The notes beneath the pieces are model-generated. The model was not told where the DNA came from, did no database searches, and worked only from the letters and a program-made list of their open reading frames with translations. The position numbers and the translations under genes are program-made. Of a DNA stretch of 64,000 bases, positions 13,068 to 23,015 are shown piece by piece. Origin of the DNA: Scenedesmus sp. PABB004 (taxonomy: Eukaryota); the NCBI GenBank assembly GCA_014905635.1, contig CM026547.1:3534001-3598000 (forward strand). Reading direction: 5' to 3'. How positions within the stretch are numbered: position 1 is the stretch's first letter; each line of letters opens with the position of its first letter.

Positions 13068-15045
13068 TCACTCGTCGAGGATGTCGAGCGGCGCCGCGAC
13101 CATCGCGGCCTCGCAGAACTTGGTGTTGCTGTACTTCTTGACCACCGCCTGCAGGCTGCTGCCGTGCGCGGCCGCGACGAGGCGCACGACCTCCTTGGCG
13201 ACGTGCAGCACGTCCGCCTTGCCGTGCGCCGCGTGCGCCGCGAGCGCGGGCGGGTAGGGGTCGTCCTTCTTGAACGCGCGCAGCGCGACGTACATGATGC
13301 CCGCCGCGAGCTCGCTGTAGCTGTGCCGCAGCATGCCGTGCTCGACGAGGCAGAGCTCGGCGCAGTACGCGACAAAGAGCGCGAGGTGCTTCTCGTAGTG
13401 CACGCCCGCGGCCTTGAGCAGGCGCGCGAGGAACTGGTAGCTCGTGGGCAGGCTGAGGTTGTAGCCGAGCGCGGCGAGCATGTCCTTCTCGGTCGACAGG
13501 ATCTGCGCGCGCGTGTAGGCCTTGTCGCTGATGTACACAAAGTCGCGCACCTCGGGCGCCCAGATCTCCTCGTACTTGCTCGCCACGAGCATCGCCGTCA
13601 CGCCGACCTGGCGGGGGCGCGTGGCGCGTGGGCGCGGCGCGGGGGCGGCGCGGGCGCGACGGCGGGCGCGGCGCGGGCGCAGCGCGGGCGCAGCGCGGAG
13701 TGGCGCAGCGCGGCACTCACCAGCTGCAGGTTCTTGCGCGTGACTTGCCGCACCGCGAGGTAGCGGTCGATGAGGTTGATGGTCAGGAAGAGCGACTCGG
13801 GCATCAGCTGCGCGGCGGCGTGGCGGCGCGGCGGCGCGATGGCACGTCGGTGCGGCGCGCGGGCAGCGCGGGCAGCGCGGGCAGCGCGGGCAGCGCGGGC
13901 AGCGCGGGCAAAGCGACCCTGCGGCGGCGGGCGGCCCGCGGCGGCGCACCTTGAACTTGAGGTGCACCTCGACGAGCCAGTCAATGAGGATGGCGCGCAT
14001 CTTCTCGTTGATGTCCGGCTGTGCCGCGGCGGCGGCGCGGCGGCGGCGCGGCGGCGGCGCCTGGGCGGCCGCGCTTGCGGGGGCGGCCGCGGGCGCTGCG
14101 GGCGCCGCCGGGCCCGCCGCGGCCGCGCGCGGGTCCGGGCGCGCACCTGGCGGTCCATGTAGTCGACGGGCGCGCGGAAGCGCGGCTCGACGCGCCGAAA
14201 GTAGGCGTAGATGTCGTTGACGTACTGGCACTCGGCCAGGTGGTTGCCGCGGTCGGGGGCGTCGATGTCGGGCAGCGGCTCGCGGCGCGGCGGCGCCGCC
14301 GGCGTGGGCAGCGACCCCGACCGCCGCCCGCCGGCGCGCGGCCGCGGCTGCGTGGTCAGCCCCGCGCCCTGCGCCAGCGCGCGCGCTTTCGAGCGCGTGA
14401 TGCGCACGGGCGCGTCGCCCAGCTGCTGCTGCGCCGCCTCCGGCGCACCGCCGGCGGCGGGCTGCGCGCCCGGCTCGGCCGCTGCTGCTGCTGCTGCTGC
14501 GGGGGCGGGCTTCTGCGCGGCCTGCGACGGTCACAGCGGCGGCGGCGGCAGCACGGGTCACGCGCCGCGGCGGCGGCCGCCCCTAAGGCGCGGCCAGCCC
14601 TGCCGGCGGCTCGAGCGCGCCGCCAACAACGCGCCGGCGCGCGCGCGACTGCCTGGCAGCCGGCGCCAGCTGCTCCACTCGGCGCGCCGTGGCTCCCGGC
14701 GCGGTGCCGGGGCCGGCACGGCGCCCGCCGCGGCGCCGCGCGGCCGCGCCGCGGGCTTGCGCGCCGCCACCGCTCGCGCGCCCCCCACCTTGTCCAGCTG
14801 CTGCTGCTTGCCCGGCGGCGGCGCCTGCACGTTGCCGATGTCGCCGAGCGCCCTGGGAGCGGCGCGCGCGGGCCAGGGGCGGGGGTTGGGGTCAACAACC
14901 ACGCGCAGCAGCATCGATGCTGCCTCCCGGCCGCCCCGCACCTGCGCTTGCTGCTCGGCGCCGCCTTGCCCGCCCGGGCGGCGACGTTCTCGTCCACCGC
15001 CATCGCCCGCGCCGCGGCCAGGCTGGACTTGCGCTTGGGCTGCAT
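13068..15045 (-). CDS. CYCB1: B-type mitotic cyclin
   Basis: D-box RALGDIGN; cyclin box [71 protein letters not shown]. Confidence 0.92.
13856..13910. repeat. 9-bp tandem repeat (GCGCGGGCA) x ~6 in a cyclin B intron
   Basis: Read directly from the sequence. Confidence 0.85.
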
Positions 15046-15283
15046 CGTCCTGCCTCGCTGCGGCACCCGGCCCGCGAGCGCTCGGCCACGCCGCGGCCGG
15101 CTAGCAGGCCATGCTCGTCGCGCGCAAGACAGCGGCGGACACCTCCTCGCGGCGCGGCGAGGCGAGCGGGCGCCCGGGCGAGGCGAGCGGCGCCCGGGTG
15201 TTGTTGCCGCTGGCCGGCGAGCGCAGCGAGGCCTGGGCGCGCCTGGGGTGCTCGGGCGGCGCGAGACTCTAGCGCCCGGCCGT

Positions 15284-15783
15284 CGGCGTCGACTGGGCGG
15301 CGGCGGCGCGGCGGGGGGCCTGGCTGCTGCGCAAACTTGAACTTGAGTTCAGGCTTCTGCCGGCCGGGACCGCCCCGCGCCGTGCGCAGCGGAAAAGGGC
15401 CCTCGGCGCGCCGTCCGCGCGCCCACGCCGCTGCCATGCGCCAGCGCGCGGGCGGCGCCGCGGCGGGGGCCGCGCAGTCGGCCGGGCCGGGCCAGCATGA
15501 CGCGCAGCAGCCAGCTGCAACCACCGCCGACACCGCGCCACGCGCCGCCGCTCCCGGCGCTTTAGAGGGCCGCGGCCGCATCAGAGCCACCCCGCCGGGC
15601 CGCACGCCGCTGCGGCGGCCCAGTGCAACAACGGCAGCCCCCGAGCGCGGCGCGGCGTCACCGCGCTGCTGCACCGCGCGTGCTGGGGCGGCGGCGGCGC
15701 TCACTCCTGCACCACGATGACTTTGGCCGCCCGCAGGACGCGGTCGTGAGTCTTGTAGCCGGACTGAGGGGCCGCGGCGGGCG
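15284..15783 (-). repeat. Inverted duplication, copy 2, carrying an orphan GrpE last exon (~15701-15763)
   Basis: Minus strand encodes SGYKTHDRVLRAAKVIVVQE* after an intact cccctcAG acceptor, with no upstream GrpE exons. The TGTAA of copy 1 reads TCTAA here (15562-15566). Confidence 0.95.
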
Positions 15784-15809
15784 TCACACGGGCTGCTGCC
15801 AGAGGCTCA

Positions 15810-17044
15810 TCACCCACCCGGCGGCGCCGCCGCCAGCACGTCCTCCAGCGACGCCATGCGCAGCAGCGCGGCGGCCGAGCGCAGCAGCGGCAGCGCCAGC
15901 AGCGCGCCCGTGCCCTCGCCCAGGCGCAGCCCCATGTCCAGCGGCGGCGCGCCGAGGCCCAGCTCGGCGACGAGAACCGCCGTGCCGGCCTCGGCGCTGC
16001 GGTGCGACAGGAAGAGGCTGCGCGCCGCCGCGGGCGCCGCGCGCACGGCCGCCAGCGCGGCGGCGCCCGCGACAAAGCCGTCCACAAGGACCGGCATGCC
16101 CCGCTCCGCTGCCTCGAGCACCGCGCCCGCCATCGCAGCGAGCTCGAGCCCACCTGCGCGGCGGCGCGCCGCGCCGCGCCGCGCGGCCGGCGGTGCCCTC
16201 TGCTCAGCGGCGCGCCTCGCCGGGCGCGCCTGCGCCTGCTCTCACCCCCGCTCCCCGCTGCGGCTGGTGCTCACCGACGGCCCGGAGCGCCCTGAGCGGC
16301 CCCGAATCTATCAGCTCCCTGTTGGCCGCCAGCGCGGCCGCCACCACGCGCCGCTTGGCCGCCAGGCCCGCGTCGTCCACGCCTGGGGCACGCGGCGCGT
16401 GCGCGCACGTGAGCGCCGCGCCGCCGCCGGCCGCGGCGCGCGGCGCCCGCCGCCGCCGCCGCTCGCCCACCTGTGCCGCGGCCGCACACGTCCTCCGGGC
16501 TCGCGCCCGAGAGCGCCGCCAGCAGCGCGGCCGCCGCGGTGGTGTTGCCGATGCCCAGCTCCCCGACCGCGAGCGCCCACTCGCCGTCCGCCGCGCCCGC
16601 CGCGCGCGCGGCGCGGCGCGCGGCCGCGACCGCGTCTGCGCCCGCGCCGAGGGCCGCCGCGAGCTCGCCCTCGCTCATCGCGGGTCCCAGCGTGACGCAC
16701 GCGCTCCCGCGCGCGGCCTTGCGGTGCAGCACGTCCGCCGCGCCGGCGCCCGGCGCGCCCGCGCCCGCGCCCGCGGCCGTGACGTCGGCGTCGACGCCGA
16801 CGTCGACGAGCACCACCCCGGCGCCGTTGGCGGCCGCGAGCACGCTGCTCGCCGCCTGTCCGGCCGCGATGGCGTGGAACATCGCAGGCGTGACCGTGCG
16901 CGGGTACGCGCTGATCTCTGGGTGGCTCGCCGCCGCGCCGTGGTCGGCCGCAAACAGCAGCAGGCTGCCGCCCGGAGACACGCGCGGCGCGGCGCTGCGC
17001 TGCAGCGCGGCCAGCCTGGCGCGCGAGCGGCGGCGGGCGCGCGA

Positions 17045-17097
<53 letters not shown>

Positions 17098-17263
17098 GGG
17101 CGTGCGCGTGGCGCTGCGGCGGCGCTGCGGCCGCCGGCACTCACTGCACGGCCCAGGCCTCCAGACCCCCAAGGGATCCAGGCGGCTTGGCCTTAGCGTC
17201 CAGCGCCGTGCGCGCGGCGGCCGCCGCGGCGTCGTAGCCATCATCGCCAGCGTCTGCCGCCAT
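15810..17263 (-). CDS. cobT: Nicotinate-nucleotide:dimethylbenzimidazole phosphoribosyltransferase (4 exons)
   Basis: KAKPPGSLGGLE, LFAADHG, SAYP, VDVGV, GELGIGNTTAAAA, GRGTG-VD, GGLELAAMAG, VLVDGFV, SHRSAEAG and PLDMGLRLGEGTGA (catalytic Glu motif). Confidence 0.95.
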
Positions 17264-17849
17264 GCGCGTGGAGCCGCTGCGTTTGCAGATGGTCGCTTTC
17301 GCTTGGTGGTGGACTGGGCGGGTGAGGGCCAGCGGCGGCGGCAGGGGAATGCGGCGGCGGCGGCGGCGGCGGCGGCGCGGCAGCAGCAGCGCGCGAGGCG
17401 TCGCGGTTTTGACGAGCGGTGCGCTGAGACGCGGCGGCGCAAGCTGGGGGCGCGTCTCCGCCACCCTAGGGACGCTGACACAGCGTGAGCGCGGCTCCCG
17501 GCGCGCCTGGCGGCTCGAGCAGCGCGCACGCCCGCAGCACGCGCCCCCGCCCGCTGCCGCCGCCGCCTGCTGCCGCCCCCTGCCAGCGGCGTCCGGGGAG
17601 GTAGCACTCATTGTGGGAACCTTGCGGGAAGTCCTGCGGCCACGCAGGGGGGCCGGACCGCGCGGGCGCAGGGCGGGCCCGCCCCATCAGGCCTGCCGAG
17701 GCGCGCCTGTCGGCCGCTCAAGGCGCAGCGGCGAGCGCCTCTCGAGCGTCCCGGGCCTGCGCAGGCATGCGGCGCTCCTGAGCGGAGATCGGTGCAGCGC
17801 GGAGCCGCTCGCGGCGCGCGGCGCAGCAGCAGCGGCGCGCCGGCGCGGC

Positions 17850-20229
17850 ATGGAGGAGCCGGGCGTGATGCCGCCGGCGCCGCTCGCCGGCGGCCGGCGG
17901 CGCGGCCGGGGCGGGCGCGGCCGCGGCCGCGGGCGCGGCCGCGCGCGGCGCCGCAGCCCGTCGCCGCCGGCGGCGCACGACGACGGCGACGCGCTGGGCG
18001 AGCCGCATCCCGGCGCCTGGCTGGCGCCGCCGCAGCGCGCGCCGCGCGTGCCCACGGGCGACACCGACTCGGAGGAGGAGGAGTTCCGACGCGAGGCGGC
18101 GCTGCTCGCGCGGCGGGCGCCGCCGGCGGCGCTGCCGGCGGGGCTCGACGCGCGCACGCTGCAGGTGGCGTCGGCGCAGCTGCAGGACGGCGTGGGCCTC
18201 GCGGCCGCGGACGCGCAGGAGGCGCTGCTGGCGACCGCGGAGCACTGGGAGGACCGCGACGGGTGCGCGGCGCGCGGGCCGCGGGCGCGCCGCGCCCCAC
18301 CGCGCCGCGCCCCCCACCGCGCCGCGCCCCCACCGCGCCGCGCGCCGCCGCAGGTGGCTCGACGAGGCGATGCTGTGGCTGGCCCACCGCGCGGAGCAGG
18401 AGCAGGAGGCGGCCAAGATGACGCAGGCGATGGAGGAGTCGCGCAGCGCCGCGGCGGAGCGCGCGGCGGCGGAGCTCGCGGCGCCGCCACTCACCAACCT
18501 GAGCGAGGCGCGCCTGCGCGACCGCTTCGCCGGCTCCGCGCTGCTCGCGCGCCTGGACGCCGCGCTGCCGGCGGGGCTGCTGTTCAGCGAGCGGCCGGCG
18601 CTGCGCGCGGCGCTCAAGGTGCCGCTCGTGGAGCTGCTGCGGCTCGAGAAGGACTGCGCGCGGTGGTTTCCGGACAGCGGCGCGCGCAGCTACTTTGACG
18701 CCCTGGGCGGTGAGCGCGGGCGGGGCTGGGCGGCAGCGCGCGGGGCGGGGGTGCGGGGCGGCGGCGCGGGGCGGCGGCGGCCAGCTGCCGACCGCGCCGC
18801 GCCGCGTGCCCGCAGAGCGCTGCGTCGAGGAGCTGGCGGCCACGCGGAGCAGCTGCAGTCAGGTGCCCGCGCCCTACGGCCCGGGCGCGGCGCCGCAGCA
18901 GGCGCAGCAGGCGCAGCAGGCGCAGCAGGCGCAGCAGGCGCAGCAGGCGCAGCCTGCCGAGCTGCCGCAGCAGGCCGAGCTGCCGCAGCAGGCCGAGCTG
19001 CCGCAGCGTGCCGAGTTGGCGCAGGCAGCCGAACAGGCGCCGGCAGCCGAGCAGGTGCAGCAGCAGGAGCAGCAGGAGCAGCCGGAGCAGCAGGAGCAGC
19101 CGGAGCAGCCGGAGCAGCTGGAGCAGCAGCAGGCGCAGCCACGGGGGTGTTCTGTTGACGCGGAGGGCGGCAGCCGGCGCAGCGGGCGCAGGCGGCAGCC
19201 GCCGGCACGCTTCCGCACGCCCAGCCCCGGGGTGGCGGCGGGCGAGCCCAGCAGTGCCTCGCGCAAGCGCACGGCCACGCCCGAGCCGCAGGCGGCCGAT
19301 GCGGGCGGGGGCGAGCTGGGCGCCGCCGCCGCTGACGCCGCGGCGCCGGTCAAGGTCGCGCGCGTGGCGGGCACCAGCAGCGCGACCAGTAGCCGCACGG
19401 CACTGGGGCAGGGCCCTGCGGACGGGGGTGGCAGCCTGCCGCCCCTGCCCCGCATCTCGCCCGGGCCGGCGCCTGGCGCCGCGGGCGCGCCCTGCGGCGC
19501 GGCGGGCGCCTGCTCGCCAGCCGGCGCGCCGCTCCCCGCCGACCTGGCGCGGCTGCAGGAGGCGCTGCAGCAGGCGGCCGGCGGCGGCGCGCCCCCGCGC
19601 CGCCCGCGGCCGCCATCCACGCGCTGTCGGCGCTGCTGCGCGAGCAGCACCGCGCCGTGTCGACCGCCGTGTTCAGCATGCCGGCGACCGAGTGCGCCGT
19701 CCCCGACATCTTCAAGCGGCTCGGCGCGCCGCCGGCCGGCAGCGACGAGGGCGACAGCTCCGACGTGGAGCTCGTGGACGCGGAGCTGCCGCCCGACGTC
19801 GCGGCCGCGGCGGCGGCGCGGGCCGCGGCGCGCGCGGCCGCGGCGGCCGAGGCGGCGGCCGCGCAGCAGGCGGCGGCGGAGGCGGCGGAGGCGGCGGCTG
19901 CAGAGGCGGCGGCGGTGGAGGCGGCCGCGGCCGCAGAGCAGCAGGCGGCGGCCGTCGCAGAGGCAGTGGCAGCAGCAGCAGCAGCAGCGGCGGCGGCGGC
20001 CACCTTCCCGCCACCGCCGTTGCCGCCGCAGCAGCAGGAGCAGCAGCAGCAGGAGCAGCAGCAGCAGGAGCAGCAGCAGCAACAGCCGCCGCCACCGGCG
20101 CTGCCACCGCCGCCGCAGCAGCAGCTGCCCTCGCCGCATCAGCCGGAAGAGGACCCCTTCGTCGCGGCGCTCGCCGGCGCGATCGCGGCGCGGGTCAGCC
20201 CGGCGATTGAGATTGAGGACGACGACTAG
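17850..20229 (+). CDS. Uncharacterised protein with a helical N-terminal region and Q/A/P-rich low-complexity C-terminus (apparent frameshift ~19592-19596)
   Basis: Coding-like exons (TDSEEEEFRREAALL, WLDEAMLWLAHRAEQE, VELLRLEKDCARWFPDSGARSYFDAL) joined by GT-AG introns; TGTAA at 20297 after the TAG stop. Confidence 0.6.
18895..19135 (+). repeat. Coding tandem repeats (QAQ)n, (AELPQQ)x3, (EQQEQP)n
   Basis: Units gcgcagcag, gccgagctgccgcagcag and gagcagcaggagcagccg read directly. Confidence 0.85.
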
Positions 20230-20510
20230 CGGCGCTCGCGCGGGCGGCGGCGCGGGCAGCGGGGCGCGTGGGCCGCGTCGCAGGAGTTGCCAGGCGTGTA
20301 ACGCACCGCACGACGCCGAAGCCGAGTCTTCAGCAGACCCGGCCCAGCCCCGCGAGCGCAGGCGAGGCACCACGCAGTGCTGCCCATCCCACCCCCTCTG
20401 CTTCCCCACGCAGCATGCCCCCCCCCCTCTCCCCTGCCAGCCACCGCCCGTCGCCCCCGCATGCAGCGCCTCAGCCTCCGGGAACGCGCCAGCAGCCCCC
20501 TCCCGCCTCC

Positions 20511-21066
20511 TCACTCGCTGGCCTTGACCTGGATGCTCGCGAGGTAGTCCGGGTTTGCCAGCTGGCTGATCTCCTGCACCACCGACTGGGCGCGCGGGCG
20601 CCAGCGACGCGGCGCGGGCGGGCGGCGTCGGCAGGCGGGCGCGTGCGCGCGGGCCGCGCGGCGCCGCGGTCGCCGCGCGCACCTTGAGCTGCTTCCAGGC
20701 CTTGTCCCGCGCGGCGTCGGCCTCCTGCTGCTCCTTGCGCAGGCGCGCGAGCTTGTCCGCGAGCTCGGCCACCGGCGCAGCGGCGGCGCGCGGCGCCGCG
20801 TCGCGCTGCCCGCCCGCCGCGGCCAGCTCGGCGCGCAGGCGCGCGATCTCAGCGCGCGCGGCGGCCAGCTCGGCCCGCAGGGCCTCGACGTCCATCGCGT
20901 CCAGGGAGTCCTCCTCCGCGGCCGGCGGCGGCGCAGCGCCGGCGGGTGGCGACTCTGGCGCCGCCGGCGCGGCGCCGGCGCCGCCCGCGTCCGCGCCCGC
21001 CTCCTGCTGCTCACCGCCGTCGCCAGCGGCGGCGGCGGCCTTGCCCTGGCCCTTCCGCTTGGCCAT
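20511..21066 (-). CDS. Small coiled-coil protein of unknown function (2 exons)
   Basis: MAKRKGQGK...LDAMDVEALRAELAAARAEIARLRAEL...DKAWKQLK, GT-AG intron ~20683-20587, then SVVQEISQLANPDYLASIQVKASE*. Confidence 0.7.
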
Positions 21067-21413
21067 GGGGCGTGCGGCGGGGTGGGCGGCGCGCGGCGGC
21101 GCGGCGCGGCGCAGACAGCTGCTGCTGCTGCTGGCGTGCGGGCGGGCTCCGCGGCGGGAGCGTTTGGTTGTGCGTGGAGAGAGAGAGCTGGCGTTTGTGC
21201 GTGGAGCGTGGCGCGCGGAGCTGGCGTTTGTGGTTTTCAAGCGGCCGCATGCCGGCCCAGCTGCCGCTCCGAGATCAAATCGCAGCCCACGCCGCCCGCG
21301 TCGCCGACTCGCCCGCCGAGCCGCTCCCCGCCCGCGTCGACCCGCCGCGCCGCCAGCGCCGCCAGTGCCGCCGCCCGCGCCCGCGCCCGCGCAGCGGCGC
21401 CCGCTGCGGAGAG

Positions 21414-22444
21414 ATGCGGCTCAGCCGCGCCGTGCCCGGGGCGGGGCGCTCGGGTGCCGGTCGGATCGGACGCGCCGCTCGGCCGGCGGCCGCGACGCGC
21501 TGCGCCGCGGCGGCGCGTGCGCAGCAGCAGCAGCCCGCGCCGGCGCGGGGGCGCCCGGCGACCAGCGCTGCGCGAGCGCCGACGACGCGGGCCGGCGCCG
21601 GCTGCTGGCCGCGCTGGCCGTCAATGCAGCGCTCCTGGGCGGCTGCGGCGTGCCGCGCGCGGCCGCGGAGGAGGCGGCCGGCGCGAGCGGCGCCACGCTC
21701 GCGCAGGCCGCGGCGGGCAGCTTCGTGGGGTGGTGGCGCGGCCGGCGGAGCGCCAACGGCGGCGCCAAGCTGCTGGCGCCCATCTACGTGGCGCAGCGGC
21801 GGCTGCGCGAGGCCGATGACATGCTGAGCGCGGCGAGCAGCATCGGCAGCGACGAGGCGCTCGCCGCGCTGCAGCTGGTGCGGGCGAGCTCGCTCAACTG
21901 CTACATGTTTGACGCCCTCGAGTCCGACACCATCGAGACCAAGGCCTCGCTGCTCACGCAAAAGTGGCAGCTCTCGGTGCGGGGCGCGCAGAGAGCGCCG
22001 CCGCCCGCGCGCGCGGCCGCCGTGCCGCCGCCCGCACGCCGCCTCTTCACCCTGCCGCCGCCGCCGCCGCCGGCGCGCGCAGGACCCCTGCACCTTCCGC
22101 ATCGTCCTCAAAAACGTCACCGACCTGGAGCCCGCGGCCACGCAGGCGGCGGCGCAGGCCAAGATGGAGGCGCTCGTGCTGAGCTACCAGAAGCTCGATG
22201 CATACCTCGTGCGCGCGCGCGGCGCCGCGGGGGCGTCTGCACGCGGCCGCCAGGGCGCGCCAGAGCGCGCTCGGGGCCTCGCCACGCGCCCCGGGCGGCT
22301 GAGCGGCGCCGCGAGTCGCCGCCGCAGGACATGGCGCGCGAGGGCAGCGTGGACGCGATCCCCAAGGCGCGCGAGGAGCTCAGGGCGACGATGGTCCTGG
22401 CGGCGGACATCGAGGCGTTCGTCAAGGCCACGCTCGGCGTGTGA
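21414..22444 (+). CDS. Putative thylakoid-lumen protein with transit peptide and twin-arginine signal (apparent frameshift in G run 21547-21551)
   Basis: RRRLLAALAVNAALLGGCGVPRAAA|EE Tat-like signal; mature helical domain LLAPIYVAQRRL...SLNCY...DPCTFRIVLKNV...LVLSYQKLDAYL; two GT-AG introns. Confidence 0.65.
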
Positions 22445-23015
22445 GCGCGCGGCGGCGTGGGGCTTTGCGGGCTTTGCGGGGGTGCGGCAGCGGGGAGCTC
22501 ACGGCGCTTGCAGGACGGCACGCGTCCTGTTTTTTTGTCCTCGGACGCAGCGCACGCCGCCGCGCCGCCCTCATCACGCCCCTGCGCCTGCGGCAGCACC
22601 GCGCCGCGCCGTGGGCGGCCGCGAGCACTGGGCGAACAGCAGGCTTGGTGCTGCTGGGTGGGCGCGCTGCGACCGGTCGGCTTGGCGCGGCGCCGCCTGT
22701 GACCGCCTGCGCTGGTGAGGGGCGCGACGTGTGAACAGTGTGTCCTTCGAAGCGGATCCGCGACCGTGGGGTTCGGCGTGCGGGATGGGCGGGCTGGCTG
22801 TTGCGCAGCGCTACAGCTGTTGGCAAACCCGAGCGGCCAGGACACGCCAGCAGCGCTCCCATTCGCGCCAGCTTTTCCTCGCGACCCCGCCGGAGCCGCT
22901 CGCACTCGCAGACGCCCCTTGTGGCGAGCAGTAGCTCGCGCGTGCGCTGTACGTGGCCCGCGGCGGCGCCCCTGGCGCAACGCCGCGCGTCCTGCGGCCA
23001 GCTGACAGCGCCATC

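Noticed and set aside
15629..15635. MSA-like AACGG upstream of cyclin B, linking it to the MYB3R in this window
   Set aside because: A single 5-mer is expected by chance and it also lies in GrpE 3'UTR-derived sequence.
10323..15783. DNA transposon with 500-bp terminal inverted repeats
   Set aside because: The repeats are host GrpE sequence, there is no transposase and I see no target-site duplication.
10844..17263. Bacterial contamination or a prokaryotic cob operon
   Set aside because: Both genes carry GT-AG introns in host style and are interleaved with cyclin B and GrpE.
17264..17849. Cobalamin riboswitch upstream of cobT (GGGAA motifs at ~17343 and 17615-17630)
   Set aside because: The motifs are on the opposite strand to cobT and I see no B12-box or GCCACTG/GGGAAG arrangement. 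An Infernal scan would be decisive.
18895..19135. CRISPR-like or functional repeat array
   Set aside because: No unique spacers; it is an in-frame low-complexity coding repeat.
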